Source: Antechinus flavipes (taxonomy: Eukaryota). Taken from it: DNA of 64,000 nt. The stretch is from contig NC_067398.1 of assembly GCF_016432865.1 (NCBI RefSeq), positions 691,982,001 through 692,046,000 of the forward strand. Reading direction: 5' to 3'. This document shows, piece by piece, positions 36,241 to 48,295 of this stretch (its first letter is position 1; the number at the start of each line of letters is the position of its first letter). A program made the position numbers and the translations under genes. The notes beneath the pieces were generated by a model that worked only from the letters and a program-made list of their open reading frames with translations, was not told the origin of the DNA and made no database searches.

Positions 36241-38949
36241 ATGGGGCTAGGAGGGAGGGTGCCGTAGCAAAGGTTCCATGAGAAATCCTTGGTTTCCTCT
36301 TAATTACCTCTCATCTCTCTCCACATGCCTACAAGCTCTCACCAGGGTTTCTATTTTAGAAAGCAGAGAAGAGCCATCTATCACCCCCAAATAACTCTCC
36401 AAGACAAGGGAACAAGACACCAGCGGCTTTTGAACAAGACTGAGCCATGGAGAGCACAGGTGTGCATCCCTTCGCCTTCCTTTGGGCTCTCCCAGGAGCC
36501 TCACCAGACACTACCATGGAACGCGGGTCAGAAAGAGCAATGGGAAAGCTACAGATGCCTCTGCGGGCGACCAGGTGGACACTTCCAGAGGGCTGACAGT
36601 CAAATCCTCCCAGGCTGTAACGAATGGAGAAGACAGAAGGGCAGACCAGAGCCCAAACTCCCAGGATGGCTTTAAAATGAACTTCCCTCTCCTCCAGCTC
36701 CTTGGGTTTCAGCCTAATGCAATCCTCATAAATTTTCGTTCTCAGTTTTTTCCCTTCCCTTCTTCATTTTAGCCCCTCGATGCTATTCTCCTAAGAATCA
36801 TTCTTTCCAGGAGCAAGCATGTCCCCATACACAGAGACATAGCTAGGAATTTTTTCCCCTTGGGCAAAATGACGGGTACCATGATATGGGAGTGGAGTGG
36901 AGACGTTAGAGTCGTATGGTGTGGTGGGTAGGGCAATAGACTTGGAATCAGGTTCATATCTTATCTACTAGCTAAAATGGGCAGCTAAGTGATGGCACAG
37001 AGCACCAGGCCTGGAGTCAGGAAGATTCATCAGGAAGTTCAAATGACTTCACTTACTACTGTGAGACCCCGGGCAAGTCACTTAACCTGCTTGCCTCAGT
37101 TTCCCCATCTGCAAAATGAGTTGGAGAAGGAACCACTCTGTCAATAAGACAAGAATGCTGCTATGATTCAATTCAATTCAACCTTAATAAGGTTAATACC
37201 ACACTAAGACTTTTAGGGCACATGTATATATAATACACCTACTATGTGCCAGGAATCAGCCTCAAATCTATGACCCTGTGATTCTGGGACTCTGTCTGCA
37301 GATGACTCCAGGAGGACCAAGGAAGGGAATGATTTCATTGCCAATTGAACCAGGGTGAGCTCTCCCACAGAAGGCTGGACAATTAAGGAGGCCCAGGAAA
37401 GCACTTCCATGACAGATGGTGAGGAATTTTCCCTTGGGTCAATGTTTCCTGAAAGGAAAAACAGATGTCAGAATTCTGACTTGAGAGAAGCCCCCTCCTA
37501 CTCATTAAGTGGGCAACATTCTGTACCATGCTCTCCTTCCCTCCTCTCCTTCCTCCGCTTCCCTCCTCTCCCCTCCCCGCTCTCCACTCCCTCTTCCCTA
37601 CTCCACAACCTTCTGTAATTTATCTGTTATCTATTAAGTACCTGATACAGAAAAGATTCCATTGTTTTCAGAATAGAGGTCAAATCTAGTCCACAATTAT
37701 CTTAGAGTTTGGGAGGAAGACAAAGAAAAAAGATATCAAATGATAAAAAAGATTCTCACACCATGATTATTTGGGGGACTTGTACAGAAATCTTTTTATT
37801 TGTTTATATTCTCGATAGGATTTCATTTTTCCCAAAACACATAAAGATAGTTTTCAGCATTCATTTCTGTAAGATTTTTCTGTTCCAAATTTTTTCTCCC
37901 TTCCTCCCTCACCATCTCCCTCCCCTAGATAGCAAGCGATCTGAGATAGGTTAAACATTGTACAGAAATCTTTCAAGTAACCTGTCGTTGCCAAGTTTGG
38001 TGACATCTACTTTACTGCCAAATTACATTGGTGGAAAATATTTCATTTTCGGTACAAACCTTCACTGAATCACAGAATTTCAGGGTTGGAAGGGTCCCCA
38101 GTGACCAAGTGATTACAATTTGAACCAGGACTCCTTGGCTTCCCTGTTCACCAACAAAGCCATTCCAAATAAATGGAGAAATATTGATTGAGCACCTACT
38201 ATGTGACCAGAGCTGTGCGGGATGCAAAAGTAGAAGCTGGTCCTAGCAGGTAAGGAGCTGAAACCCTAACTCAATGGAAAGTATTCTCTCCGCTCATACC
38301 TAAAATTCACAGCCTCCTCCCCAGAGCCATAATTAAGAATTTTGTGCCAAGGGCAAAGTTGCCCTGGGAGTACCCAAAGTAAAAACTACAAAGGAAAGTC
38401 CTCAAGCATTGTGGTCATACTGTTGCCCTTAGTGGGCAAATCTTTCCCGGACCACTATTTCAGAAAGACCCCAACCACTTTTTAGTCTTCCATTCTTTAG
38501 CCTTCCACCATCTTCTTGATAACCTCACCAATTCGATTTTCCAACATCCCTTCCTGTCCCGATCCAGGAATCACTATCACATCTACCCTGCCACTGTTCC
38601 CAGAAAAGTTGTGTCTCTTTATTCATCTATGACCCCACTGACCATCTGGTAACTTTCAGCACCAAAATGCCCCCTTCCTGCCTACCATTCACTACCTTAT
38701 AACACTGTCTCTTTCTCTTAGAAAATAAATTCTGTATGGGAGGGACTATCTTTGATTTTGTATTTATATTCCCTATGCTTAACACAGTGTTTGGCACATA
38801 GTAAGACTTAATAATTCTTTTTTCATTCATCCATTCTCAGAGGAGGTAAAGGGGAGATGATCAAGGTAGCAGAAGGCTAGAGCAAGAAAGGTTTAATGTA
38901 ACCCAAGCTAGCATTAGCTTTTATTTTGAAACTACATCAACTTTCTGAC

Positions 38950-39620
38950 TCATATCAAGCTTATGATTCATGGAAACCCCAAGATTATTTTCAGAAACAA
39001 TGTTTCTATAACCAAGTTGATTTTTTGGGCCCATGTGCATGACTTTACATTTATTCTTATTGAATTTCTGCCTATTAGATGCAAACCAATAGTCTCATTG
39101 CCTATCAAGGTCCTTTTGGATCTTTACTCTGAAATCCACTGGGTTAGCTCTCTCCCTCTCAGCTTGATTCATCTATCAATTAATGAGCATACATACCATC
39201 TACAACTTTATTCTAGAGGCTGACAAAAATGTTAAATGCAGTTTCCTTAAGTATTCTATTAGAGACCTCTTGCCATGTTGACATTGAATCATTAACAATG
39301 GTTCTTTGAGACCAACCACACAATCAGGTCTAAATTCAACTGACTGTATTGTTCTCAAATCCAAATCTCTCTATCTTCACCACAAAAGTGGCATGAGGTA
39401 TTTTATCAAAAGCTTGGCTAAAATTTAGGTAAATTCTATCCCTACTTTAATAACCCTATCAAAAGAAAATATGGCATGACTCCTTTTTGATGGAGCTATT
39501 ATAGTTCTTTGTAATCACCACTCCCCTTTCTAAATGTTTGCCAATTCTATCTAATGATCCATTCCGACCCTTTTTAAAATCAGGACCATGTTTGTCTTTC
39601 TCCAATCTTGTGGTCTCTCA
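38950..39620 (-). mobile_element. CR1/L3 LINE remnant (reverse-transcriptase region)
   Basis: The minus strand reads YLNFSQAFDKI (~39432-39398), matching the CR1 RT motif YLDFSKAFD. Confidence 0.75.
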
Positions 39621-39846
39621 TCTGTTTTTCCCTGCAGCTTCCGGGCTCCAGGTGGCTTTCCTTTCCCCTACCCCCATCTACTTCAGTAGATATAATAAAT
39701 AAGCAACACCTCAGAAGCACTAAAAAAGAGCAGAAAAATATGCACCTTGAAATAACTCACAAAGCCAAGAAAGACAGAATCCCTTCTGGAGAGACATATT
39801 CCAGCAAAATTCCTATTTCACCACAGCAATTAGAGCCAGTACCAAT

Positions 39847-40182
39847 NNNNNNNNNNNNNNNNNNNNNNNNNNNNNNNNNNNNNNNNNNNNNNNNNNNNNN
39901 NNNNNNNNNNNNNNNNNNNNNNNNNNNNNNNNNNNNNNNNNNNNNNNNNNNNNNNNNNNNNNNNNNNNNNNNNNNNNNNNNNNNNNNNNNNNNNNNNNNN
40001 NNNNNNNNNNNNNNNNNNNNNNNNNNNNNNNNNNNNNNNNNNNNNNNNNNNNNNNNNNNNNNNNNNNNNNNNNNNNNNNNNNNNNNNNNNNNNNNNNNNN
40101 NNNNNNNNNNNNNNNNNNNNNNNNNNNNNNNNNNNNNNNNNNNNNNNNNNNNNNNNNNNNNNNNNNNNNNNNNNNNNNNNNN
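39847..40182. other. Assembly gap
   Basis: Run of N. Confidence 1.
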
Positions 40183-40984
40183 AAGTCCAAATGTGGAATG
40201 GGCTACCTTGAGAGGAATAAGTTCAAGTTCCCCATCCTTAGAGCTTTTCAAGGAGAAGTATGGAATTTTTTTTGGGGGCTTAAAGAAATTAACTGATTTC
40301 CCCAGGTTCATTTACATAGGAAATGACAGGGCTGAAGTTGAGATTAAAGTCACAGCATCATAAAATCATAGCTAGAGAGGAGGAGACTTTAAATGTCATT
40401 CAGTCCACATTCTTCATTTTATATATGAGGAAATTAAGAGCTGTTAAAGTAAAGGTACTTGCCCAGTATCACACAGATAAGGGCAGGATTTGAACTCAGA
40501 TCCTGTGATTCCAAAAGTAGTCCTATTTCTAGGATGCCAGATTGCCAAGAAAATGATGGAGCCCTCTGATAGAGAAGGAGGGGGAAAGCAGGGAAGGAAA
40601 AGTGTGACATAAGCTAGATTTCAGGCGCCATTCCCCCTGTCACTGAGAGGCACTCAGGAGCACAGAAGCACAGAAGTTGAGAGCTGAGAGGACTCTTGCC
40701 GCCCATCTCATCTGGCCTGTGAGCTGAAGGAACAAGTGGTCATCAGTCCAGCTTCTGCTTGGAACTTCAAAAGAGGAAATACCCATGGCCCTTGAAGGCA
40801 GCTCACTCCCCTCAGGGATGACTCCTCCTGTGCTTAAGTCTAAGGTATTTTCTTTGTCGTTTCTGCCACACTGCTCTTGGTTCTCATTTCTAGGGCAAAC
40901 AAACATCTCTCACTCTTTCAACAAATCCTCCGATGTCCTGAATCCCAGACCGCCAACCTGACCAACCTACCCTGAACACTCTGC

Positions 40985-41215
40985 TGTTCAATGATTTCAG
41001 TCCTGTCTGATTCTTTGTGACCCCATTTAGGGTTTTCTTGGAGGAGTTTGACCATTTCCTTCTCCAGCTCATTTTACAGATGAGGAAACTGAGGCAAAGA
41101 GGGTTAAGTGGCTTGCCCAGGGTCTCACAGCTAGTAAGTATCTGAGGCCACAATTTGAACTCAGGCTTTCCTGACTTTAGGCCTGATGTTCTATCTCTGT
41201 ACCACCTAGCTGCCT
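40985..41215 (-). mobile_element. Mar1-type CORE-SINE
   Basis: Tail, CORE and head all present (..ctgtaccacctagctgcc). Confidence 0.85.
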
Positions 41216-41847
41216 CTAACCATGGCACATTGGTGGGGGCTTCGGAACTGTGTAGCACTATAAAAATCAGCCATTAAATCCTCAGGGCTACCTCTAGACC
41301 CTAGTAGGGATGCAATACCTGCTTTCTGGGGATGAGAATCATTGGTGCGAGTGAGAGTTGGATAGTGGCTCCAGAATATATGCTCTAGTTACACGCTTCA
41401 CTTATTAGAATGTGAGGTCCTTGAGGGCAGGAACCATGTTTGCCTTTCTTTATATTCCTTGTGCCGAGTATATAATAAAGGCTTTAAAATGCTTGTGGAC
41501 TGACTGATTGACACCGCCCATAGTGTCCCCTTCTGTAATATGAGGAGGCTGAAATAGAGAGTCTCTGAGGTCTCTTACAGCTCAAAATGTGAGATCCTGT
41601 GCAGGACAGGGAAGCCCACAGAACTCCAAAAAGGAAGTCAAAGGGTTTGATAAAGAAATCAGATGTTGTTTCTTGCAGGTTTCTGAAGCTGCTGGGAGCT
41701 TCTGCTCTGCTTCCCTCTGGCTTATGTCCAGTTTTCACAAACCATCAATCAGTCTATCAGTGAATATACATGAATCACAATGTGCCAGAAACTGTGCAAG
41801 GTAATGGAGTTATAAAAGCAAGAAAGCTCAAGAAGCTTATATCTGAA

Positions 41848-41992
41848 GGACAGCTAGGTGGTGCAGTGGGTAGAGCATCAGCCCTGAAGTCAGAAAGATC
41901 TGGGTTCAAATTTGACCTCAGACACTTAACAGTTCCTGGCTGTGTGACCCTGAGCAAGTCACTTAACCCCAATTGCCTCAGCAAAAAAAAGA
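41848..41992 (+). mobile_element. WSINE1-like short CORE-SINE with A tail and ~13-bp TSD
   Basis: ggacagctaggtggtgcagtgg..cccaattgcctcagcaaaaaaaa, flanked by aagaagcttatat (41830-41842) and aagaagtttatat (41993-42005). Confidence 0.85.
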
Positions 41993-44169
41993 AAGAAGTT
42001 TATATTCTACTGAGAGAATACAGGTAAGTAAACAGAGATCATACAGCCTGGAGCTCATGCTCTTCCTTTACAAAGTAAAGAGAAACAGAAAGCTCATCAC
42101 CAGAGAGAAGCTCTTCCCAGGGAGTAGCTATGAAAGTTGTCCACACAGGAAATCCTAGGGAGGGAGGGAAGGGAGATGAAAAGCTGAGCTGACCTATTTT
42201 CTTCACATGTGGGTTATTTTTAATTGCATTTCCTGATTTTGTTTTGAATTTCACTTTTCTTCCCACTCTCTCTCTTTCCCACTCCTCCCTTTCCATCCTT
42301 TTAACCATTCTCTCATATCAGCCGAACAAGAGAACACCATCTTTCTTTGTTAGTTTGTGACCAGGAGTATGCTACTAGACATTTAACAACCAGATCTAAA
42401 CAAGACCAAGAACCTGTGCACATTTTAAATGTCATCTTCGTTAAGTAACATTTTCTCCAGTACTTTCATGAATCTAGACCATAAACAGGAAAAATAAAAA
42501 ATCAAGCCTCAATTTGTAGCATTAGCAGACTTCTGAGTTGTAAATGAAAATTCAATAATTGGCTCTCTAATACTGAATTGACTCCAATATGCCCTTCCAT
42601 TGCTCCCCCATCTGAAACAATTGAATTCACTTCTGCTTCCCCTTAGAAACTTAGCCCTCCTCTCTCCCCTCACTAGTTTCCCCTCTTGGTCTTAACTGGT
42701 ACCTCCTCCCTCCCCATATTTTTCAGGGCGTCCACCCAAGGCTTACCACTAAGAAACAGGACTCCAGGATCCAATCACAGATAATCCATTTAGCTGGAGA
42801 CCTGGGGCAAAGATTTCCGAGCTTGAAAGGTCAATATTTACCTTAGCAAATAGAACTTCAGAGGGCTGGAAAAGTTCATGAAAAATAATTATAGCAGAAC
42901 TTTTTGGGGTAGCGAATGAGCTACCATATGCAAAATGCTTTGTAAACCTTAAAACTCTATACAAATGGTATTAATATTATGAAAGAAATGGGTGGAAAGT
43001 GAATTCCGTTGATTGGGGAATCGTTTGGCCAAATAGAACACACAAACAAAATGGAAATTAGGAAATAATTGAGAAAATCTGTATCCATTCTTACTAGCAT
43101 GTGACCTTGGACAAGCCGTCTTCCTTTTCATGGCTGTTTCTTCATCTACTTTTGTTGTTGTTCAGTCATTTTACTCATATCTGGCTCTCCGTGGTCCCGA
43201 CTAGAGTTTTCTTGGCAAAGATCCTGAAGTGGTTGGCCATTTCTGTCTCCAGCTCATTTTACAGAGGAGGAAACTGAGGCAAGTGATTTGCTGGGGGTCA
43301 TACTGCAAAGAAAGGCCTGAAGCTGGATTTAAATTCAAGTCTCCAAGCCCTTCTGTGCACTATGGCCACTTCATCTGGAGTATGACTCAATGATTTCTAA
43401 AATCTCTTCTAACTCTAAAGCCGTATTTCTACAATTCCAAGAAATCCAGAACAAGAAAGCTGAAAGAGAACTTGGCTATGTCCTCTTACAATATTATGAA
43501 AGGAAATAATGCCAAAAGGAGGAATTGTTTCTATTCCTCCTACTAACTGCTGTGAAAAACTTTGGTTCTGAAGGTTAGAGGGAGGAAACCTATTCAGTGG
43601 AAAAGGGAGGAATTATCTACCAGGGGAATGTTACATACGCTGTCACACTTAGTTGCATTATTGCTTGGTTTGGGGGTAAATTTGGAAAGTTCCATGGTGG
43701 AAAGAGAAATGGCTTTTTTTGGCTGTTAAAAAAAAAAAGACATTTTTTTATTGGAAAAGAAAAATGAATGCAGCAGGGAGTACTTTGGACACCAGAGATT
43801 ATTATTTAATCTAATCCAGTCCAGCAAACATCTCTTAAAAGTCTGCTATGTGAATAACCCTGTACTAAGAGCTAGGAAGACAAAGTCATTAATAACTATT
43901 ATTATTAATATTATTAGTATTTATGTAACACTTTAAGGATGGCAAAGTATTTTATAAATATTATCACATCTGAACCTCCTAACAACCCTGAGATATACTA
44001 TTATTATCATCCCCACTTTACAGATGAGGAAACTGAGGCAAACAGGGTTAAGTGACTTGCCCCGAGTTACAGAGCTAATAAGTAGCTTTGAGGCAGAATT
44101 TGAACCAGGTCTTCCAGACTCCAGGTCTAACAGTACATCCACTGAATCACCTCCTGTCCCTTCCCTTCC

Positions 44170-44910
44170 ATAAACCCAAGAGGGAATTCCCTGTGGATGA
44201 CGAAATCCTCTGGATGTTCCTATTTATAGATAGCATTGTTTGCTTGCTTTAAGCCCTAAAACATTGCAGAGCTGTTGATAAAGATCTGTAATCATTCAGA
44301 GGAGGTTGGCTTGATCATCCATACAAGAAAGAAAGTAGATGGACAATATGCACCGTCCAAATTTCGTCATGAACAACCTATGGAGCTCACCTATCGGTTA
44401 TTTATCTGCAACAAATAGTACAGGTAATCATTGAGTTGAGTCCCAAATTAAACAGGAAAAGGAGAAATAGTCATGTTGCTCCCAGGAAATAGCAAAGCCC
44501 TTTCCTGACCAGGTCAAGCTTATCATGAGAGGCAAGGCCCAAGTCCAGCCTTCTACTGGGGTATTTTGAGATGCCAGATAAACCATATCTGGAGAATGAA
44601 AAAAGAACATGACTCTGAGGGCAATAGAAAGGTACCTGGTGAATGTGAGGCAGCTGCCACATCTGACCAGAAGGAAACATTGAAGAATAGACGTAAAAGA
44701 AACCTTTAAGGGGAATATCAGAAGAGTAATAAGAGAGAGGGGAACAACAGGTGAATGTCTAGAGAGCTTTACCAGAATTCTGGCAAGTGGGAGAAAATGA
44801 GGATGGCTTCTAGCACAATAGATGGAGCCTCTGGGAAATTTGCGGGAGGGTATGGACAAGAAACCTCCAGGAGAGTCAGTTGTGGATGGATTTGTTCTTC
44901 GTCATTGGAA
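44170..44910 (+). mobile_element. Ancient RTE-clade LINE 3' part (RT C-terminus), a different lineage from the element at 1-1540
   Basis: Reads ILWMFLFIDSIV (decayed LFADDIV), SEEVGLIIHT, QPMEL, ELSPKLNRKRR and TLRAIERYL, with frameshifts. Confidence 0.65.
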
Positions 44911-45549
44911 GAAACTTTCAAAATCAATGAGATCACAGATCTCCTTGGAGTATTTCAGGACACCTCACACCTCATAGCTCCTTAAGATCATGCTTGCTAA
45001 ATAGATGAAATCAAAGTCACTTCCATTTCTAAAGCTGGAGGTCCACGGACTCTTAATCCAGACCCTGGCTGCTCAAAGCTCTAATTTTTCTGAAAACAAA
45101 AGTTGTTTATACTCTTCCTACTTTACAAAGCAAAAACAGAATCGCAATTGGGATGAAAAGAAATTCACAAGAGAACATGCTTAAACACAGTATGTCTTTG
45201 CTTAGAACCACGGCTCAAAAGACCTAAAACCAGAAAGGACCTTAGTGGGGTTCTCAGGATAACCCCCTCATTCCACAGAGGAGGAAATGAAAGGTCATGT
45301 GACTTGTTCAAGACCATTCAGGGAGAAAGTAGCAGAAGCAGGATTTGAACTCCTATCTTCTCACTGCCAATAGAATTCTTTCCATTGTACTGCACTGCCT
45401 TCACCTCAGGAGCATCTTTCCAGTTCCTTGGCCGAAAACATTCCAAAGGCTTCTTGGACCATTTTCTCAGAGGAACACAGCAAAAAAGCTTCTTACATCA
45501 TTCCAAATGCCCGTCACTTCTTGGATGTGGGCAAGTTTCTCACTGGCAG

Positions 45550-46314
45550 NNNNNNNNNNNNNNNNNNNNNNNNNNNNNNNNNNNNNNNNNNNNNNNNNNN
45601 NNNNNNNNNNNNNNNNNNNNNNNNNNNNNNNNNNNNNNNNNNNNNNNNNNNNNNNNNNNNNNNNNNNNNNNNNNNNNNNNNNGAAGACAGAGACAGAGAG
45701 ATAGAGAAGGNNNNNNNNNNNNNNNNNNNNNNNNNNNNNNNNNNNNNNNNNNNNNNNNNNNNNNNNNNNNNNNNNNNNNNNNNNNNNNNNNNNNNNNNNN
45801 NNNNNNNNNNNNNNNNNNNNNNNNNNNNNNNNNNNNNNNNNNNNNNNNNNNNNNNNNNNNNNNNNNNNNNNNNNNNNNNNNNNNNNNNNNNNNNNNNNNN
45901 NNNNNNNNNNNNNNNNNNNNNNNNNNNNNNNNNNNNNNNNNNNNNNNNNNNNNNNNNNNNNNNNNNNNNNNNNNNNNNNNNNNNNNNNNNNNNNNNNNNN
46001 NNNNNNNNNNNNNNNNNNNNNNNNNNNNNNNNNNNNNNNNNNNNNNNNNNNNNNNNNNNNNNNNNNNNNNNNNNNNNNNNNNNNNNNNNNNNNNNNNNNN
46101 NNNNNNNNNNNNNNNNNNNNNNNNNNNNNNNNNNNNNNNNNNNNNNNNNNNNNNNNNNNNNNNNNNNNNNNNNNNNNNNNNNNNNNNNNNNNNNNNNNNN
46201 NNNNNNNNNNNNNNNNNNNNNNNNNNNNNNNNNNNNNNNNNNNNNNNNNNNNNNNNNNNNNNNNNNNNNNNNNNNNNNNNNNNNNNNNNNNNNNNNNNNN
46301 NNNNNNNNNNNNNN
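45550..46314. other. Two assembly gaps (45550-45682, 45711-46314) separated by a 28-bp GA-repeat islet
   Basis: Runs of N. Confidence 1.
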
Positions 46315-47929
46315 GTCATTAACTTTCCCTACATGTGAACCACAAATTGTTGCATTCTAATGTCTTGATTTAAGGAGCCCATCTGGATCAAAGATGAGCT
46401 GGGGGGAGGGTGGGGAGGGTGCTCTCCTTAGAGAAGTCAGCTTTCCATATCCCAGAAGGCACTCAGAGACAGAGCAGGCATCCTCCAGGCAGGGTCGCGT
46501 TGCCAAGATTCCTGTCGGGTGCCCAAGAGGAAAGAATTAACAGGAAAAACACAAAGAGCTCCCAGAAAACCTTGGGTGAAGCCAGAGAATGACTAGGTAA
46601 ACAATACTTTTCCTCCATTTGTTTGAGGTCTCCAAGAGCTAATTATTGGATTTTCTTGTGTTAGTGAAGACTTCCTTTCAAGAAAAAAAAAATCAAATAA
46701 AGTTCAATTTCCATCCAAGGAATTTGATTGATCTGAAATCCCACCTGTTGGGAGGAGGGATAGAATTGCTCTCACAAATCAGGAAGAGCAAAAAACTGCA
46801 TTTTATTTGGGCCTGAGCACAAGAAAAGGACCAGAGTTAAGGAAAGGACTGTCTTCCCTGCTCCTTCTAATTTGCTCTCCTTCAAATTATCTTAGCTTGA
46901 CTTGTTAGTTTGTTCTTGTATCCCGCAGTATTATATAAGCTCTTTGAGGACAGGGACTGTTTTTCTTTTGTATCCTCAATGCTTCAAACAGTTCATGCTA
47001 CATAGTAGGAACTTAATATTTTTTTAGGATTCCAGTGAATTTTCCAGTGAATTTTGGGATTCATTTCTTGCTGCTCCACGTTCTATTTCCAGGACATGTA
47101 TTTTGACCCTGGTTGATGAACACTTGATATGAAGAGTGCGTAATGTATCCTGGGACTTACCACTTTTAACTGTAAGATCCCCTGAATCTGTCAATCTGTA
47201 CCCACTCTAAACCATCGCCCAACTGGTAGGTTTATTCTCACCAGTCAGATCAAGGTTACTAGCAGTTCAGAGCAAAAGTATTTAACAAATTGACACAGTT
47301 TCTAAAACTTTATTTTAAAATTAACAATAAAACACTCCCCATACCCCGCACTAAACTTGGGGACCGCTCTTGCACAAATTCCCATGCTGTTGGCAGAGAG
47401 GATAGATGTGCTGGGGAGAGAGACATGCATGCAGCTGGTACTCAAGCACACAAAAGGATGCTTGGCAGAAGTCAAGAATGAGGAAGTCCATGCAGCCGGC
47501 TGATGTCTATGAACCTCCAGTTCTTTGTTCTGAGTTCCAAGCATGGCCAGCAATGAAACCAGGCTGCCCTGGACAGCTCAAAATTTAGACACAAACACAA
47601 ATATTACAGAAATCTAGGAACAGATGGTTTGTCCAGGAAGCCTTTAGGATCGTGAATTTAGAACCGGTCGTTACCTTAGAGGTCATCTCATCTGATCCCT
47701 TGCTCCCCATTTTACAAATGAGGAAACTGAGTCCAGAAAGGGAAGTGACTTAACCAAACCATCTTAAAAATAGAACGTGTCAGGATTTGAACTTACTCCA
47801 AATTCAAGTCAACAATATAAGTCAATGAGTCAAATCACTGAGAGGTAGTATGATCTCCAGATTTGGATGCAGAGTGAACATAGATCTGGAGTCAGGAGGA
47901 CCCGAGTTCAAATTTAATTCCAGATCCTC

Positions 47930-48295
47930 ACTAGCACATCAGCCACAGCCTGGAAAATTGCCTCAACAGATGGGCTAAACCCGGCTGAGGGTAGCCAACG
48001 GACCACAAACCCACCAGTGAGTTAGGGGTGTCTCCCACAAGCATGTGAAAACTGCCCCTGGTGGAATGGCTGGATGAGAACTATTTCTTCCCACAGCCAC
48101 GAAGGCTCTGAAGCAGGCGCTTACAGCTCGCTCGGACAGCAAAGTCGCCCAGGTCATCCACCACTGCTAGGGCCAGCCCCAATTGCCTTGATTTTTGTCC
48201 CGCCACCTCACTTCTCCAATTCACCCAAGAGTTAAGACTTCATCCTGTGATGTCACTGGTCCTCCTCAAACACAAAGGACTGAGAACAACAATAA
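47930..48295 (-). mobile_element. RTE-related SINE, long CpG-retaining copy
   Basis: Reverse complement gttgttctcagtcctttgtgtttgaggaggaccagtgacatcac..gcagtggtggatgacc..cttcgtggctg..cccctaactcactgg. Confidence 0.7.

Noticed and set aside
41848-41920. tRNA-like A/B boxes here and at other SINE heads
   Set aside because: They are SINE promoters followed by CORE sequence, not tRNA genes.
44290-44985. Exon-like segment 44300-44423 and ORFs 44428-44859 and 44755-44985
   Set aside because: All lie within the ancient RTE fossil.
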